Source: Pseudomonadales bacterium (lineage in GTDB: Bacteria > Pseudomonadota > Gammaproteobacteria > Pseudomonadales > Halieaceae). From it: a stretch of DNA of 64,000 nucleotides. The first letter of the stretch is position 1; the number at the start of each line of letters is the position of its first letter. Position numbers and translations under genes: made by a program. The notes beneath the pieces are model-generated. The model was not told the origin of the DNA and did no database searches. It saw only the letters and a list, made by a program, of their open reading frames with translations. The stretch covers positions 75,162 to 139,161 of the forward strand of contig JACKNV010000009.1 of NCBI GenBank assembly GCA_024234735.1. Reading direction: 5' to 3'. This document shows positions 32,040 through 40,252 of this stretch, piece after piece.

Positions 32040-32780
32040 ATGAACGAAGTACTCGAACAGATCACCAGGCGCGGCGACACCTGGCGCGGGCGGCGCACCC
32101 GTTTTCACTATCATGAACCTTCCGCCAACAGTGGGCACCACGGCCGCAGCGGCCTGGCCACGGGCTACAGCACCCTGGATGCGCAGCTGGACCAGGGGGG
32201 CTGGCCCCTGGATGGCGCCATCGAGCTGCTCAGTGACGGCAACGGGCTGGGCTCCATGGGCCTGTTCCTGCCCGCCATGGAAAAGCTCAGCGAACAGGGC
32301 CGCTGGCAGGCCTTTATCGCGCCGCCCTACATACCCTATGCCCCGCTGCTGGCGGCGCGGGGCATCGATACCCGGCAGGTTCTGCTGGTGCACCCGCAGA
32401 ACCGCCAGGACCTGTTGTGGAGCACCGAACAGGCCCTGCGCAGCAGCACCTGCAGCGCGGTGTTCAGCTGGCTGGGGGGGGGCAATTATCGCTACGGCGA
32501 ATTGCGTAAACTGCAGCTGGCCGCGGCTGGCGGCGACCGCCTGGCAGTCCTGTTCCGCCCCAACCAGGCCGCCGCCAGCCACTCCCCCGCCAGCCTGCGC
32601 CTGCAAATGCGGGAGTACCGCCGGGTACACATCATCAAACAGCGTGGCGGCAACCAGGATATAGACGTGGACCTGCCCCAGGCGGAAGACGTGCCGGGGC
32701 AGCCACAGCTATGGGAGCTGCCGACCGGGCCCGCCGCGGCATGGCAGCGGCCGGGAGAGAACCTGGCGGCGACACGCTAA
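32040..32780 (+). CDS. imuA: translesion synthesis-associated protein ImuA (SulA/RecA-fold like)
   Basis: 246 aa. GGWPLDGAIELLSDGNGLGSMGLFLPAM...VLLVHP...WSTEQALRSSTCSAVFSWL resembles ImuA/SulA2. A LexA box lies upstream, and imuB and dnaE2 follow on the same strand. Confidence 0.8.
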   Translation: MNEVLEQITRRGDTWRGRRTRFHYHEPSANSGHHGRSGLATGYSTLDAQLDQGGWPLDGAIELLSDGNGLGSMGLFLPAMEKLSEQGRWQAFIAPPYIPYAPLLAARGIDTRQVLLVHPQNRQDLLWSTEQALRSSTCSAVFSWLGGGNYRYGELRKLQLAAAGGDRLAVLFRPNQAAASHSPASLRLQMREYRRVHIIKQRGGNQDIDVDLPQAEDVPGQPQLWELPTGPAAAWQRPGENLAATR

Positions 32781-32787
32781 CGGGTCC

Positions 32788-32862
32788 GCCCGGGGCTGAC
32801 CTGCCCGGGGCTGACCTGCCCGGGGCTGACCCGCCCGGGACTATCCCGCCCGGAACGGGACA
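32788..32862. repeat. decaying tandem repeat, about 5 x 15 bp (GCCCGGGGCTGACCT)
   Basis: Two perfect units, then GCCCGGGGCTGACCC, GCCCGGGACTATCCC and GCCCGGAACGGGACA. It begins immediately after the imuA stop. Confidence 0.85.
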
Positions 32863-32919
32863 GGGCACCCCGCCCGGAGCTATACTTGGGCCCCCAACCG
32901 GAACAAGGATGTAAATGCC

Positions 32920-33357
32920 ATGCAGGATCTGCCCCATCACTACCATGTCAGCGCCAGCGCTGAAAACGAAGGTACCGTTACCCTGATCGCGGATAACCTG
33001 CCCCAGATCGTTACCGCCCCGCCGGCGGAATTTGGCGGCCCCGGCGACCAGTGGTCCCCCGAGACCCTGCTGGTAGGCGCCATTGCCGACTGTTTCATCC
33101 TGACCTTCCGGGCCATCGCCCGGGCCTCCAAGCTGGAATGGGTCAATCTGGAGTGCGCCGCGGAGGGCGTACTGGACCGGGTCGAGCGGGTTACCCGCTT
33201 TACCGAGGTGACTGTCAGGGCCACCCTCACCGTACCGGCCGATACCGATGTCGACAAGGCCACGCGGCTGCTGGAAAAGTCCGAGGAGGTCTGCCTGGTC
33301 ACCCAGTCCATGACGGCCACGACCCATCTGGAGGCACAGGTCGTCACCCAGGGCTGA
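32920..33357 (+). CDS. OsmC/Ohr family peroxiredoxin-like protein
   Basis: 145 aa. SPETLLVGAIADCFILTF and EEVCLVTQS are the two conserved Cys regions of the OsmC family. Confidence 0.85.
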   Translation: MQDLPHHYHVSASAENEGTVTLIADNLPQIVTAPPAEFGGPGDQWSPETLLVGAIADCFILTFRAIARASKLEWVNLECAAEGVLDRVERVTRFTEVTVRATLTVPADTDVDKATRLLEKSEEVCLVTQSMTATTHLEAQVVTQG

Positions 33358-33445
33358 TGAATGCGGCGCCCCGGACACCGGCCCGCGGCGCCTGCTTATC
33401 CCGCCGCCGGGCGGACGATGACAAACCGATGCAGGGCATGACGCG

Positions 33446-33658
33446 ATGGATGCTTGGCTGAGCGACTACGGGGTCACCCTCGGCGTCGGGGCACTGATCC
33501 TCTTCATGATTTTCATTGTCTGGGACCTCGCCAGGCGCAGCAACGCCGGCAAGTTCGGCACCCTGATCCTCTATATCGGCCTGGCCATGGGCATCGTCGG
33601 CTTTCTGATGAAACTGGTCATCACCTACCTGTTGGAAAGTGCCGGAGTTGGCGGCTAG
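33446..33658 (+). CDS. DUF2788 small membrane protein
   Basis: 70 aa with two TM helices. IFIVWDLARRSNAGKFGTLILY is DUF2788-like. Confidence 0.7.
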   Translation: MDAWLSDYGVTLGVGALILFMIFIVWDLARRSNAGKFGTLILYIGLAMGIVGFLMKLVITYLLESAGVGG

Positions 33659-33963
33659 TTGGCACCGGCCACCAGGCGCTGCTGCTCCTGGTACTTACGC
33701 AACTCATGGTTGTACTGCTCGGCGACCAGTTCCAGTTGGGCCAGGAAGGTACTGAACTGGCGGCTGTTCATGTAGCTGCACTCCAGATACTGCTCCCCCC
33801 GCCGCAAATACCTCTCTACCGCCTCCTGGGCCTGGTACATCTCCTCCTCGGTCGCCACCGCCGCATCCGGTATCACCGGCATCTGCCGCGGCTTGGTGAC
33901 AGGACAACCCGCCGCCACGTTCATGGCCAGGCACAGCGCAGGTACCGCAATCAAGGCTTTCAT
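33655..33963 (-). CDS. lipoprotein, unknown function
   Basis: ORF track gives 33655-33987. Start moved to MKALIAVPALCLAMNVAAGC (lipobox), preceded by GGAGGG. Its stop overlaps the DUF2788 stop (CTAG). Confidence 0.65.
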   Translation of the reverse strand: MKALIAVPALCLAMNVAAGCPVTKPRQMPVIPDAAVATEEEMYQAQEAVERYLRRGEQYLECSYMNSRQFSTFLAQLELVAEQYNHELRKYQEQQRLVAGAN

Positions 33964-33989
33964 TTCACATCCCTCCAATTGATACAAAA

Positions 33990-34018
33990 GGTAACATCAC
34001 CTTCGGCAAGGTGTTACC
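33990..34018 (-). terminator. terminator-like hairpin followed by a T-tract on the minus strand
   Basis: The minus strand reads GGTAACACCTTGCCGAAGGTGATGTTACC followed by TTTTGTAT. The stem is 11 bp with a 3-nt bulge. It sits just upstream of the lipoprotein RBS, so its role is ambiguous. Confidence 0.35.
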
Positions 34019-34196
34019 ACTATCCTCCCGGAAGCCGCCAAAAACAAGCAGCACATAGGATTTTTTGTTAAAAAAACCATTATTTACCAAAGACGAGACA
34101 CAGGCAGATAGCGCACCATCATGTAACATACAGTAACATTCCGGCGCCAGTATGAGGCATGCCGCGCTGCCGGCCGGCGCTGGACAGGCCCCGCGA

Positions 34197-34236
34197 AAAT
34201 ACCCGATACTGTATATATGCACAGTATCGGGTATTT
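34197..34236 (+). promoter_or_regulatory. LexA (SOS) box embedded in a 40-bp palindrome upstream of imuB
   Basis: Core TACTGTATATATGCACAGTA is at 34207-34226. The arms AAATACCCGATACTGT / ACAGTATCGGGTATTT are perfect 16-bp reverse complements. Confidence 0.88.
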
Positions 34237-34290
34237 CATAATGGGCGCGCTTTCCCCGCCCGAACCCGGCCGCCGGGCGGGGCAGCGGCA

Positions 34291-35718
34291 ATGAGCCTGT
34301 GGTTGTGCCTGCGCCTGCACCAGCTTCCCCTGCAATGCCTGGAGCGCCGGGAAGAGCAGGCGGTGGCGGTTATGGCGAAACAGCGCGTGCTGCGCCGCAA
34401 CGACTGTGCCGCCGCCTGCGGCATCCGCGAGGGCATGAGCACTGCCACGGTGCACGCCCTGGCCGGGGATGGCGCACTGCGCCTGCTGGAGCGGGATACG
34501 GCAGCCGAGCGGCGTTGCCTGATGCAGTTGTGCTGCTGGGCATACAGCATCACACCGCAGCTGTTCACCTGGCGGGAAGACTGCCTGCAACTGGAGATCG
34601 GCGGCTGCCTGACCCTGTTTCGCGGGTTGGAACGCCTGTTGGCGGAAGTGACCGACGGCATCGGCCGTCGCGGCTACTCTGCGGTGTATGGCCTCGCCCC
34701 CACCCCCGGAGCCGCGTGGCTGCTGTCCTTTGCGCCAACCGGGACAGCACTTGACGCGACCGCGCCCCTGGAAGAGCGCCTCGCCCCCCTGCCGCTGGCA
34801 TTGCTGGATCGCTTCGCCGACGTGGTCGACTCGCTGCGGCGGGCGGGCCTGCATACCCTGGGAGACGTGCTGGCGCTGCCGGGCAGCGCCCTGAGCCGCC
34901 GCTGCGGCAGGGACTTCACCCTGTTCCTGCAGCAGGTGCTGGGGCAGCGGGAGGAGCGGCAGGCCTGTTACCAGCCTCCGGCGAGCTTCACTGATGCCTA
35001 CTGGTTCGGCTACGAGGTAAAGGCCAACGGCGAGTTGCTGCCGGCCGTGCAACTGCTGCTGCAGTCCCTGTGCACCTTCCTGCGCAACACCCAGCTGTAT
35101 ACCAGCGAGATCCGCTGGCAATTGATCGGCCTGGACAGGACCGTGCGGGAAGTCAGCGTGCGCAGCACCAGCAGCCACAGCGACTGGCAGGCCTGGCAAC
35201 AGCTGACCGCCATACGCTTCGAGCGGCTGCAACTGGCGGGCGGGGTGGAGGGCCTGGCCCTGGAATGCCATGAGCTGAGGCCGGGGCAACAGGAAAGCGG
35301 CGACCTGTTCAACCCCGGCAGGCAGGGCGAGCCCCTGGGCAGCCTGCTGGATCGCCTGTGCAGCCGCCTCGGCCTGCAGGCCATCGAGCAGGTGAGCTGC
35401 CGGGACGAACACCTGCCGGAGCTGGCCGTACACACCTGCGCCGGCCAGGCGGGAGATAGCGCCACAGTGAACCAGCCCGACGCCCAGCGCCCCTTCTGGC
35501 TACTGCCCCGCCCCCAGGTATTGCGCCAGTCCCGCGAGCAGCTGTACTGGACGAGCGCCCTGACCCTGGTTTACGGGCCGGAGCGCATCGAGGACAACTG
35601 GTGGCAGGAGGCGGTCAGCCGGGACTACTACATCGCCAGGGATCGCCGCGGCCAGCACTACTGGGTATTTCGCGACCGCCTGGCGCGCCAGTGGTTCATC
35701 CACGGCATCTTCGCCTGA
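34291..35718 (+). CDS. imuB: Y-family polymerase-like protein ImuB
   Basis: ORF track gives 34159-35718. Start moved to MSLWLCLRLHQLPLQCL, a typical ImuB N terminus. About 475 aa. Confidence 0.85.
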   Translation: MSLWLCLRLHQLPLQCLERREEQAVAVMAKQRVLRRNDCAAACGIREGMSTATVHALAGDGALRLLERDTAAERRCLMQLCCWAYSITPQLFTWREDCLQLEIGGCLTLFRGLERLLAEVTDGIGRRGYSAVYGLAPTPGAAWLLSFAPTGTALDATAPLEERLAPLPLALLDRFADVVDSLRRAGLHTLGDVLALPGSALSRRCGRDFTLFLQQVLGQREERQACYQPPASFTDAYWFGYEVKANGELLPAVQLLLQSLCTFLRNTQLYTSEIRWQLIGLDRTVREVSVRSTSSHSDWQAWQQLTAIRFERLQLAGGVEGLALECHELRPGQQESGDLFNPGRQGEPLGSLLDRLCSRLGLQAIEQVSCRDEHLPELAVHTCAGQAGDSATVNQPDAQRPFWLLPRPQVLRQSREQLYWTSALTLVYGPERIEDNWWQEAVSRDYYIARDRRGQHYWVFRDRLARQWFIHGIFA

Positions 35719-35725
35719 ACGGGCC

Positions 35726-36430
35726 TCAGTGAAAATAGCTGTCCCGCACCCGCTGTAGGTAGCTCACCAGGTTGTCGCGCGCCAGCCCCGCCTCCTTGAC
35801 CGGCGAGGCAACCGGCGTCAGCAGGATGTTGGCCAGCAACCCATAGGCCGCCGCGTCCACGGTGGTCGCCCTGTCCCCCATGAGGAACGGCTCGTCGCCC
35901 AGGAAATCCGCTACCGCCCCCAGGTCGCGGATGCCGATGGCGTGGATTTCGCGCTCACTGTGCACCCCGAGGCCGTGCCCCTCGATGCGCCTGCCTATGC
36001 CCCGGCGGATGGCGGGCCCCGCCAGGCGCCGCACCGGCAGGGGCATTCCGCCGAGCACGATGTCCCGGAAAAACTGCCAGTTGGCATCGACCATCCAGCG
36101 GTCATACACCATGACCCAGTAGAGGTTCTCCTCCAGCAGGCGCTGCAGCGCCAGGGCCACGGCCCGCTGCCCGGCGGACAGGCCGGCATTGCCATCGACA
36201 CCGAACTCGCCCTCGAGATAGTCGATGGCAAGGGTGGAATCGCCGATACGCCGGCCGCTGTGCTCGATATAGGGCAGCTTTTTCTTGGGGGCGCCGAACG
36301 GCACCTTGTCGATGACCGCGGTGAAGGGCAGCCCGACGATTCTCAGGTAGGTGTCCAGTTTGAGACAGAAGGGGCTGACCGAGGGCAGCCCCCAGGCACT
36401 GGGCAGGTGGTGAACGATCAGCTCCGACAC
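35726..36430 (-). CDS. glutathione S-transferase family protein (metaxin-like N-terminal domain)
   Basis: ORF track gives 35726-36580. GTG 36430 chosen as start (VSELIVHHLPSAWGLPSVSPFCLKLDTYLR). GST N- and C-domain pattern. Confidence 0.7.
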   Translation of the reverse strand: MSELIVHHLPSAWGLPSVSPFCLKLDTYLRIVGLPFTAVIDKVPFGAPKKKLPYIEHSGRRIGDSTLAIDYLEGEFGVDGNAGLSAGQRAVALALQRLLEENLYWVMVYDRWMVDANWQFFRDIVLGGMPLPVRRLAGPAIRRGIGRRIEGHGLGVHSEREIHAIGIRDLGAVADFLGDEPFLMGDRATTVDAAAYGLLANILLTPVASPVKEAGLARDNLVSYLQRVRDSYFH

Positions 36431-36870
36431 GATATCTCCTCCAGCCACTGCGGCCAGGGCGGGTGTTCCTGCGGCTGCCAGATGGACAACATGAAGCGGT
36501 CCGCCTCCTGTGGCGACCAGATTCCCCGGTCGATGGCGTAGCGCGAGTAAAAGGCACTGACCCGCCAGTTGGCGGCGCAATGAATCAACACCTTGCGCTC
36601 TCCGACGGCCTCCATCAGCTCCAGGAAGCGCTCATAGTCGGCCACGGTGGGCGCGGCGAAGTCCACCGGCAGGTACAGGTATTCGATGCCCTGGCCTGCG
36701 ACGATGTCGGCCTCTCCCGGCACCGCGTACTGGCTGGAATCGGGCATGAGGTTCAGCACCACCTCGACCCCCGCCGCCCCGAGTTGCGCCAGTTGCTCCG
36801 GCTCGACCCGCCCGGCAGTCGCGACGGTATCGCTCACCCGCCGATAGTTGTAGGCCTGCTCGACTCCCAT
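36418..36870 (-). CDS. DUF442-like protein tyrosine phosphatase family protein
   Basis: 150 aa with active-site-like LIHCAANWRVS. Confidence 0.65.
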   Translation of the reverse strand: MGVEQAYNYRRVSDTVATAGRVEPEQLAQLGAAGVEVVLNLMPDSSQYAVPGEADIVAGQGIEYLYLPVDFAAPTVADYERFLELMEAVGERKVLIHCAANWRVSAFYSRYAIDRGIWSPQEADRFMLSIWQPQEHPPWPQWLEEISCRS

Positions 36871-36904
36871 ATCCTGCTCCCTCGCCCGCTGCTATGGGCG
36901 CCTG

Positions 36905-37456
36905 TCAGTCAGTATCCCCCAGAATACCCGTGTCCCGGCCATCTAGGCTGGTGACATTTTTCTCCTGCCAGTACTGCTCGATGCCCTCGCGGCCACGCGT
37001 CTCGGCCCACTTTTGCAGGGTGGGGCGCTCCCCCAGCAACTCATAGCGCGGCACGGCATAGCCGCAAGAGGTCAGCACCAGTTCCAGTTGCAGGCGAAAC
37101 ACCTGCCGGGCGCCCACGTCCGGCGGGAACAGTGCGAGCATCGCGGCCCAGTCGCCATCGCGCGGGTGCAGGGCCGTGGCCCTGCCATACAGGCGCAGAA
37201 TCAACGGCTGCTTGCCGAACGAGCAGAACATGATGGTCATGCGCGGGTTGTCCCGCACATGGGCGGCACACTCGTTACCGCTGCCGGTGAGATTGAGCCA
37301 GGCCACCTCGGTGGGGCTGATGACCCTGAAGGTATCCATCCCCTTGGGCGATACGTTCACATGGCCCTCGGCCGCCGCCGTGCCGACAAAAAACATCTGC
37401 TGCTCGCCGATAAACTCAATGTGCCGGTCTGCCAGCGCCGCAAATCGTTCAGCCAT
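36905..37456 (-). CDS. pyridoxamine 5'-phosphate oxidase family protein
   Basis: 183 aa. FFVGTAAAEGHVNVSPKG...LNLTGSGNECAAHVRDNPRMTIMF is typical of the PNPOx-like FMN-binding split barrel. Confidence 0.8.
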   Translation of the reverse strand: MAERFAALADRHIEFIGEQQMFFVGTAAAEGHVNVSPKGMDTFRVISPTEVAWLNLTGSGNECAAHVRDNPRMTIMFCSFGKQPLILRLYGRATALHPRDGDWAAMLALFPPDVGARQVFRLQLELVLTSCGYAVPRYELLGERPTLQKWAETRGREGIEQYWQEKNVTSLDGRDTGILGDTD

Positions 37457-37682
37457 CCTCGGGCTTCTCCTGTAACAGCTCCTGCCGCTCGCGTTCGTAC
37501 TCTTGGTAAGGCTCCGAATACTGTTTCATGCATTCCTCGTACTGGGTGCCGGGTAATTTCTGGCACTCCAGCTGCCGGTTCTGCTGAATGGCATCATACA
37601 CCTGTTGGTTGCTGCAGGCTTGTAACAGCCACGCAGCCAGCAGGAGCAGCAGCCCACCGGTGCGGGCCTTCCCGCGGGACAT
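37449..37682 (-). CDS. small lipoprotein
   Basis: 77 aa with lipobox LLQAC. 8-nt overlap with the downstream gene. Confidence 0.6.
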   Translation of the reverse strand: MSRGKARTGGLLLLLAAWLLQACSNQQVYDAIQQNRQLECQKLPGTQYEECMKQYSEPYQEYERERQELLQEKPEDG

Positions 37683-37714
37683 TATTCAGCCTCCCCGGCG
37701 CTGGCGGACGCGGC

Positions 37715-37754
37715 CGTAAATGGCGCGCTCCCGGTTATCGCGGCCGCGATCACC
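37715..37754 (-). repeat. intergenic element A (homologous to element B; attC-like relic or shared regulatory site)
   Basis: The minus strand reads GGTGATCGCGGCCGCGATAACCGGGAGCGCGCCATTTACG. 22 of 27 proximal positions match element B. It ends 32 nt before the start codon at 37682. Confidence 0.5.
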
Positions 37755-37801
37755 CAGCAGGGGTCCGGTCATACTGGAGCTCGCCCCCCCGCCAGGCCCG
37801 C

Positions 37802-38290
37802 TCAGGTGGCTTCGGCATTGCTGGTGAACAGGTACTTGGCGCCCGAAAACCCCTCATACAAGCGCCGATGTGCCGCCTCTGAGAAGGTATCGTCGCGCTC
37901 GACATACTGCGATATCCACTCGAGCAGCATAGGCAAATTGGCATCCTGCTCTGCCCTGGAGGCATATTTATGCGGCTCCCAGGGCCGGACCCTCGCATTC
38001 TGGATACAGGCCTGGATCGGCAGATTGAGAAAGTAAATTTCATTCGCCTGGTGTATGGCCAACTCCAGCAAATCGGCATAGCAGCCCTCGATCACCCAGC
38101 CCGGGTTTGCGGCGATGAACTTGCCGATCTGCTGCCAGGAGGATTGCACGGTCCGCCGGGTTGGCGGCGATGTGGGCTCCCATGCCAGCGTGTCCAGGTC
38201 CAGATGAGCCAACCGGTACCGGGCACTGAGCTTCTGGGCGAGGGTCGATTTGCCCGAGCCGGAGTTGCCGAACACCAGTATGCGTTTCAA
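37802..38290 (-). CDS. P-loop NTPase (adenylate/shikimate kinase-like)
   Basis: ORF track gives 37802-38392. TTG 38290 overlaps the upstream TGA (TTGA). Walker A FGNSGSGKST. Confidence 0.7.
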   Translation of the reverse strand: MKRILVFGNSGSGKSTLAQKLSARYRLAHLDLDTLAWEPTSPPTRRTVQSSWQQIGKFIAANPGWVIEGCYADLLELAIHQANEIYFLNLPIQACIQNARVRPWEPHKYASRAEQDANLPMLLEWISQYVERDDTFSEAAHRRLYEGFSGAKYLFTSNAEAT

Positions 38291-38826
38291 AGGCAAACTA
38301 CCCCTGTGCGCCCTTCGCGGCCCGCGGCGCCCGCAGGGCCGTTCAGCATTTTTTGCCAGTAACCCACATCCACCCACTTGCCCTGCTTCCAACCCACTTC
38401 AGCGAAATGCGCCACCTGGTCGAACCCCATGCGCTCGTGCAGGCGCACGCTGGCCTCATTGGGCAGCGCAATGCCCGCTATGGCGGCGTGCAAGCCCTGC
38501 TGCGCCAGGCGCGGCAACAGCGCCGAGTAGAGCGCCTTGCCGTGCCCCCTTCCCTGTTGGCCGGGCTCCAGGTAGACCGTGGTTTCCACGCTCTGGCGAT
38601 AAGCGCTGCGCACCTGCCAGCGGTTGGCGTAGGCATAGCCCACCACCCGCCCGCTATCCACACATACCAGCCAGGGATAGGAAACGGTACAGGCGAGCAC
38701 CCGCTGCGCCATCTCATCCACGGTGAGCGGCTGCTCCTCGAAACTGATGACCGTGTTCTCGATATAGTAATTGTAGATATCGCAGATGATCTGGCAATCG
38801 CCAGGCTCTACTGGGCGAACGTCCAT
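38287..38826 (-). CDS. GNAT family N-acetyltransferase (phosphinothricin acetyltransferase-like)
   Basis: 179 aa. YNYYIENTVISFEEQP and QGRGHGKALY acetyl-CoA motifs. Confidence 0.85.
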   Translation of the reverse strand: MDVRPVEPGDCQIICDIYNYYIENTVISFEEQPLTVDEMAQRVLACTVSYPWLVCVDSGRVVGYAYANRWQVRSAYRQSVETTVYLEPGQQGRGHGKALYSALLPRLAQQGLHAAIAGIALPNEASVRLHERMGFDQVAHFAEVGWKQGKWVDVGYWQKMLNGPAGAAGREGRTGVVCL

Positions 38827-38858
38827 GACCTGCCCTTGCCAATGACAGCGGATATGAG

Positions 38859-38906
38859 CATAAACGGCACCCTCCCGGTTGTCGCGCCACCGGGCTCAGT
38901 TACCGC
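38859..38906 (-). repeat. intergenic element B (homologous to element A; attC-like relic or shared regulatory site)
   Basis: The minus strand reads GGTAACTGAGCCCGGTGGCGCGACAACCGGGAGGGTGCCGTTTATG. It has an xxTAAC ... GTTTATG outline with an inner CCCGG/CCGGG stem. It ends 32 nt before the start codon at 38826. Confidence 0.5.
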
Positions 38907-38976
38907 CCGGGGCGCCGTATCTAGTGTTGCACCATCCATGCGCGCCGCCCCGGTGCGAGCGAAACCGTGCCGCCGA

Positions 38977-39249
38977 CTACGCGTTGTACAAGGTAAAAAT
39001 CCCTATGCCTATGAAGCCGATACCGGCGACATAGTGCAAATAGCGCTCATTGATATATTCTGCCAGCAGGCTGCCGGCCAGCACGCCTACTGCGGATGCC
39101 ACCACCAGGGCGGCGGACGCGGCAAGAAACACCGTGTATTTGCTGACCTCCTTGTCCGCCGCGAACAGCATCGTGGCGAGTTGGGTTTTATCACCCAACT
39201 CGGCAATGAATACCGAGACGAATATCGTCAAGAATATCTTCCAGTCCAT
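38977..39249 (-). CDS. TMEM165/GDT1 (UPF0016) family membrane protein
   Basis: ORF track gives 38977-39282. Start moved to MDWKIFLTIF. The E-x-G-D-K-T motif (AELGDKTQLA) is present. Confidence 0.8.
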   Translation of the reverse strand: MDWKIFLTIFVSVFIAELGDKTQLATMLFAADKEVSKYTVFLAASAALVVASAVGVLAGSLLAEYINERYLHYVAGIGFIGIGIFTLYNA

Positions 39250-39332
39250 GTCCTGCCTTACTCCGCTACCAATAAGTACCACCCCGGCGGGAGGATACCA
39301 TTTTCTTTGCCCGAGGCCTGACGCCGGCGATT

Positions 39333-39623
39333 TCAGGTATCGTTCGAACCGAATACCCGCTGGATGTCAGCCCCGGTTATGCCGTGAATTTCCACTATCT
39401 TGTTTTGCGAGGCACCGCCCGCGACAATGCGCAGGGCGCTCTCATGAACAGCGAGCTCCTTACCAAGCAGTTTGAGCACCGCCGCGTTGGCGCGCCCCTT
39501 CTCCGGGGGGGCAGCCACCCGGATTTTGAGCGCATCACCGAGCCACCCGGCCACCCCCGGCCTGGAGGCACCGGGCACCACCTTGACCTTCAGCCTAACA
39601 ATATCCTGCATTGGCGTGGCCAC
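39333..39623 (-). CDS. DUF167 (YggU-like) protein
   Basis: 96 aa. LKVKVVPGASRPGVAGWLGDALKIRVAAPPEKGRANAAVLKLL is the DUF167 signature. Confidence 0.8.
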   Translation of the reverse strand: MATPMQDIVRLKVKVVPGASRPGVAGWLGDALKIRVAAPPEKGRANAAVLKLLGKELAVHESALRIVAGGASQNKIVEIHGITGADIQRVFGSNDT

Positions 39624-39742
39624 TCAATGGTAAAAAGACGCCCTCTGCCTGCTCCCCACAGGTTCCCGCCCTGCCGGGCCGGGACGACTTCCACGACTTG
39701 CCGCCGGACACCTGACGGAGCGACCGGTACGCCCTGCCGCGA

Positions 39743-40120
39743 TCACTTGCTCTTGTGGGCAACTTTATGAGCATTCTTTTCCCAGTTTCTGCCATCAAAT
39801 TCCAAGATGCGGATCGATTTGGGTTGGGTATCCAGGCAATTGACGTTTACATCGACACCGTCGGGATTTGAACGCGGCGTGTAAAACGGCTTTACTCCGC
39901 AGACTTTGCAGAAGGTGTGCCTGGCAACGCCGGTATTGAAGGTATAGGTGGACAGCGAATCTTCGCCGCTCAAGAGCGTGAAATTTCGAGCAGGCACAAT
40001 GAGGTGTAGAAACCCCGACTTTGAACAGATCGAACAATTGCAGCGATCGGCCTCGATGGCTTCGGGGGCCTCGACTTCAAAAACAACCGCCCCACAGTGG
40101 CAGCTTCCCTTATATATCAC
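39743..40120 (-). CDS. GFA (glutathione-dependent formaldehyde-activating / CENP-V) family protein
   Basis: ORF track gives 39743-40231. GTG 40120 chosen (VIYKGSCHCGAVVFEV); the start is uncertain. CHCG and CNCSIC zinc motifs are present. Confidence 0.7.
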   Translation of the reverse strand: MIYKGSCHCGAVVFEVEAPEAIEADRCNCSICSKSGFLHLIVPARNFTLLSGEDSLSTYTFNTGVARHTFCKVCGVKPFYTPRSNPDGVDVNVNCLDTQPKSIRILEFDGRNWEKNAHKVAHKSK

Positions 40121-40252
40121 CGAACTCTCCCGTATATCGTGGCGCTTGCCACAGTGGGCAAGCGGCGGCGCGGCCGAAGGCCCGGGTTCTGCCTGCACGA
40201 AAGGCTCCGGAACGTGGCGCACCCACCGCAATACCTCACCACGCCTGATCGC

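Noticed and set aside
31843-32880. Possibility that the 13-bp and 15-bp tandem repeats are CRISPR arrays
   Set aside because: The units are directly adjacent with no spacers, far shorter than CRISPR repeats, and no cas genes are present in the window.
32711-32914. 67-aa ORF encoding PGADLPGADLPGADPPG
   Set aside because: The repetitive peptide is simply the translation of the 15-bp tandem DNA repeat downstream of imuA. There is no RBS and it overlaps the imuA 3' end.
35726-39623. Calling the whole GC-rich minus-strand block part of the cassette array
   Set aside because: Genes here overlap or sit 30 nt apart (35726-36870, 36905-37682, 37802-38826), leaving no room for attC sites, and the composition is host-like. 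Only the two ~45-bp elements hint at a cassette past, so this is reported as a question rather than a feature.
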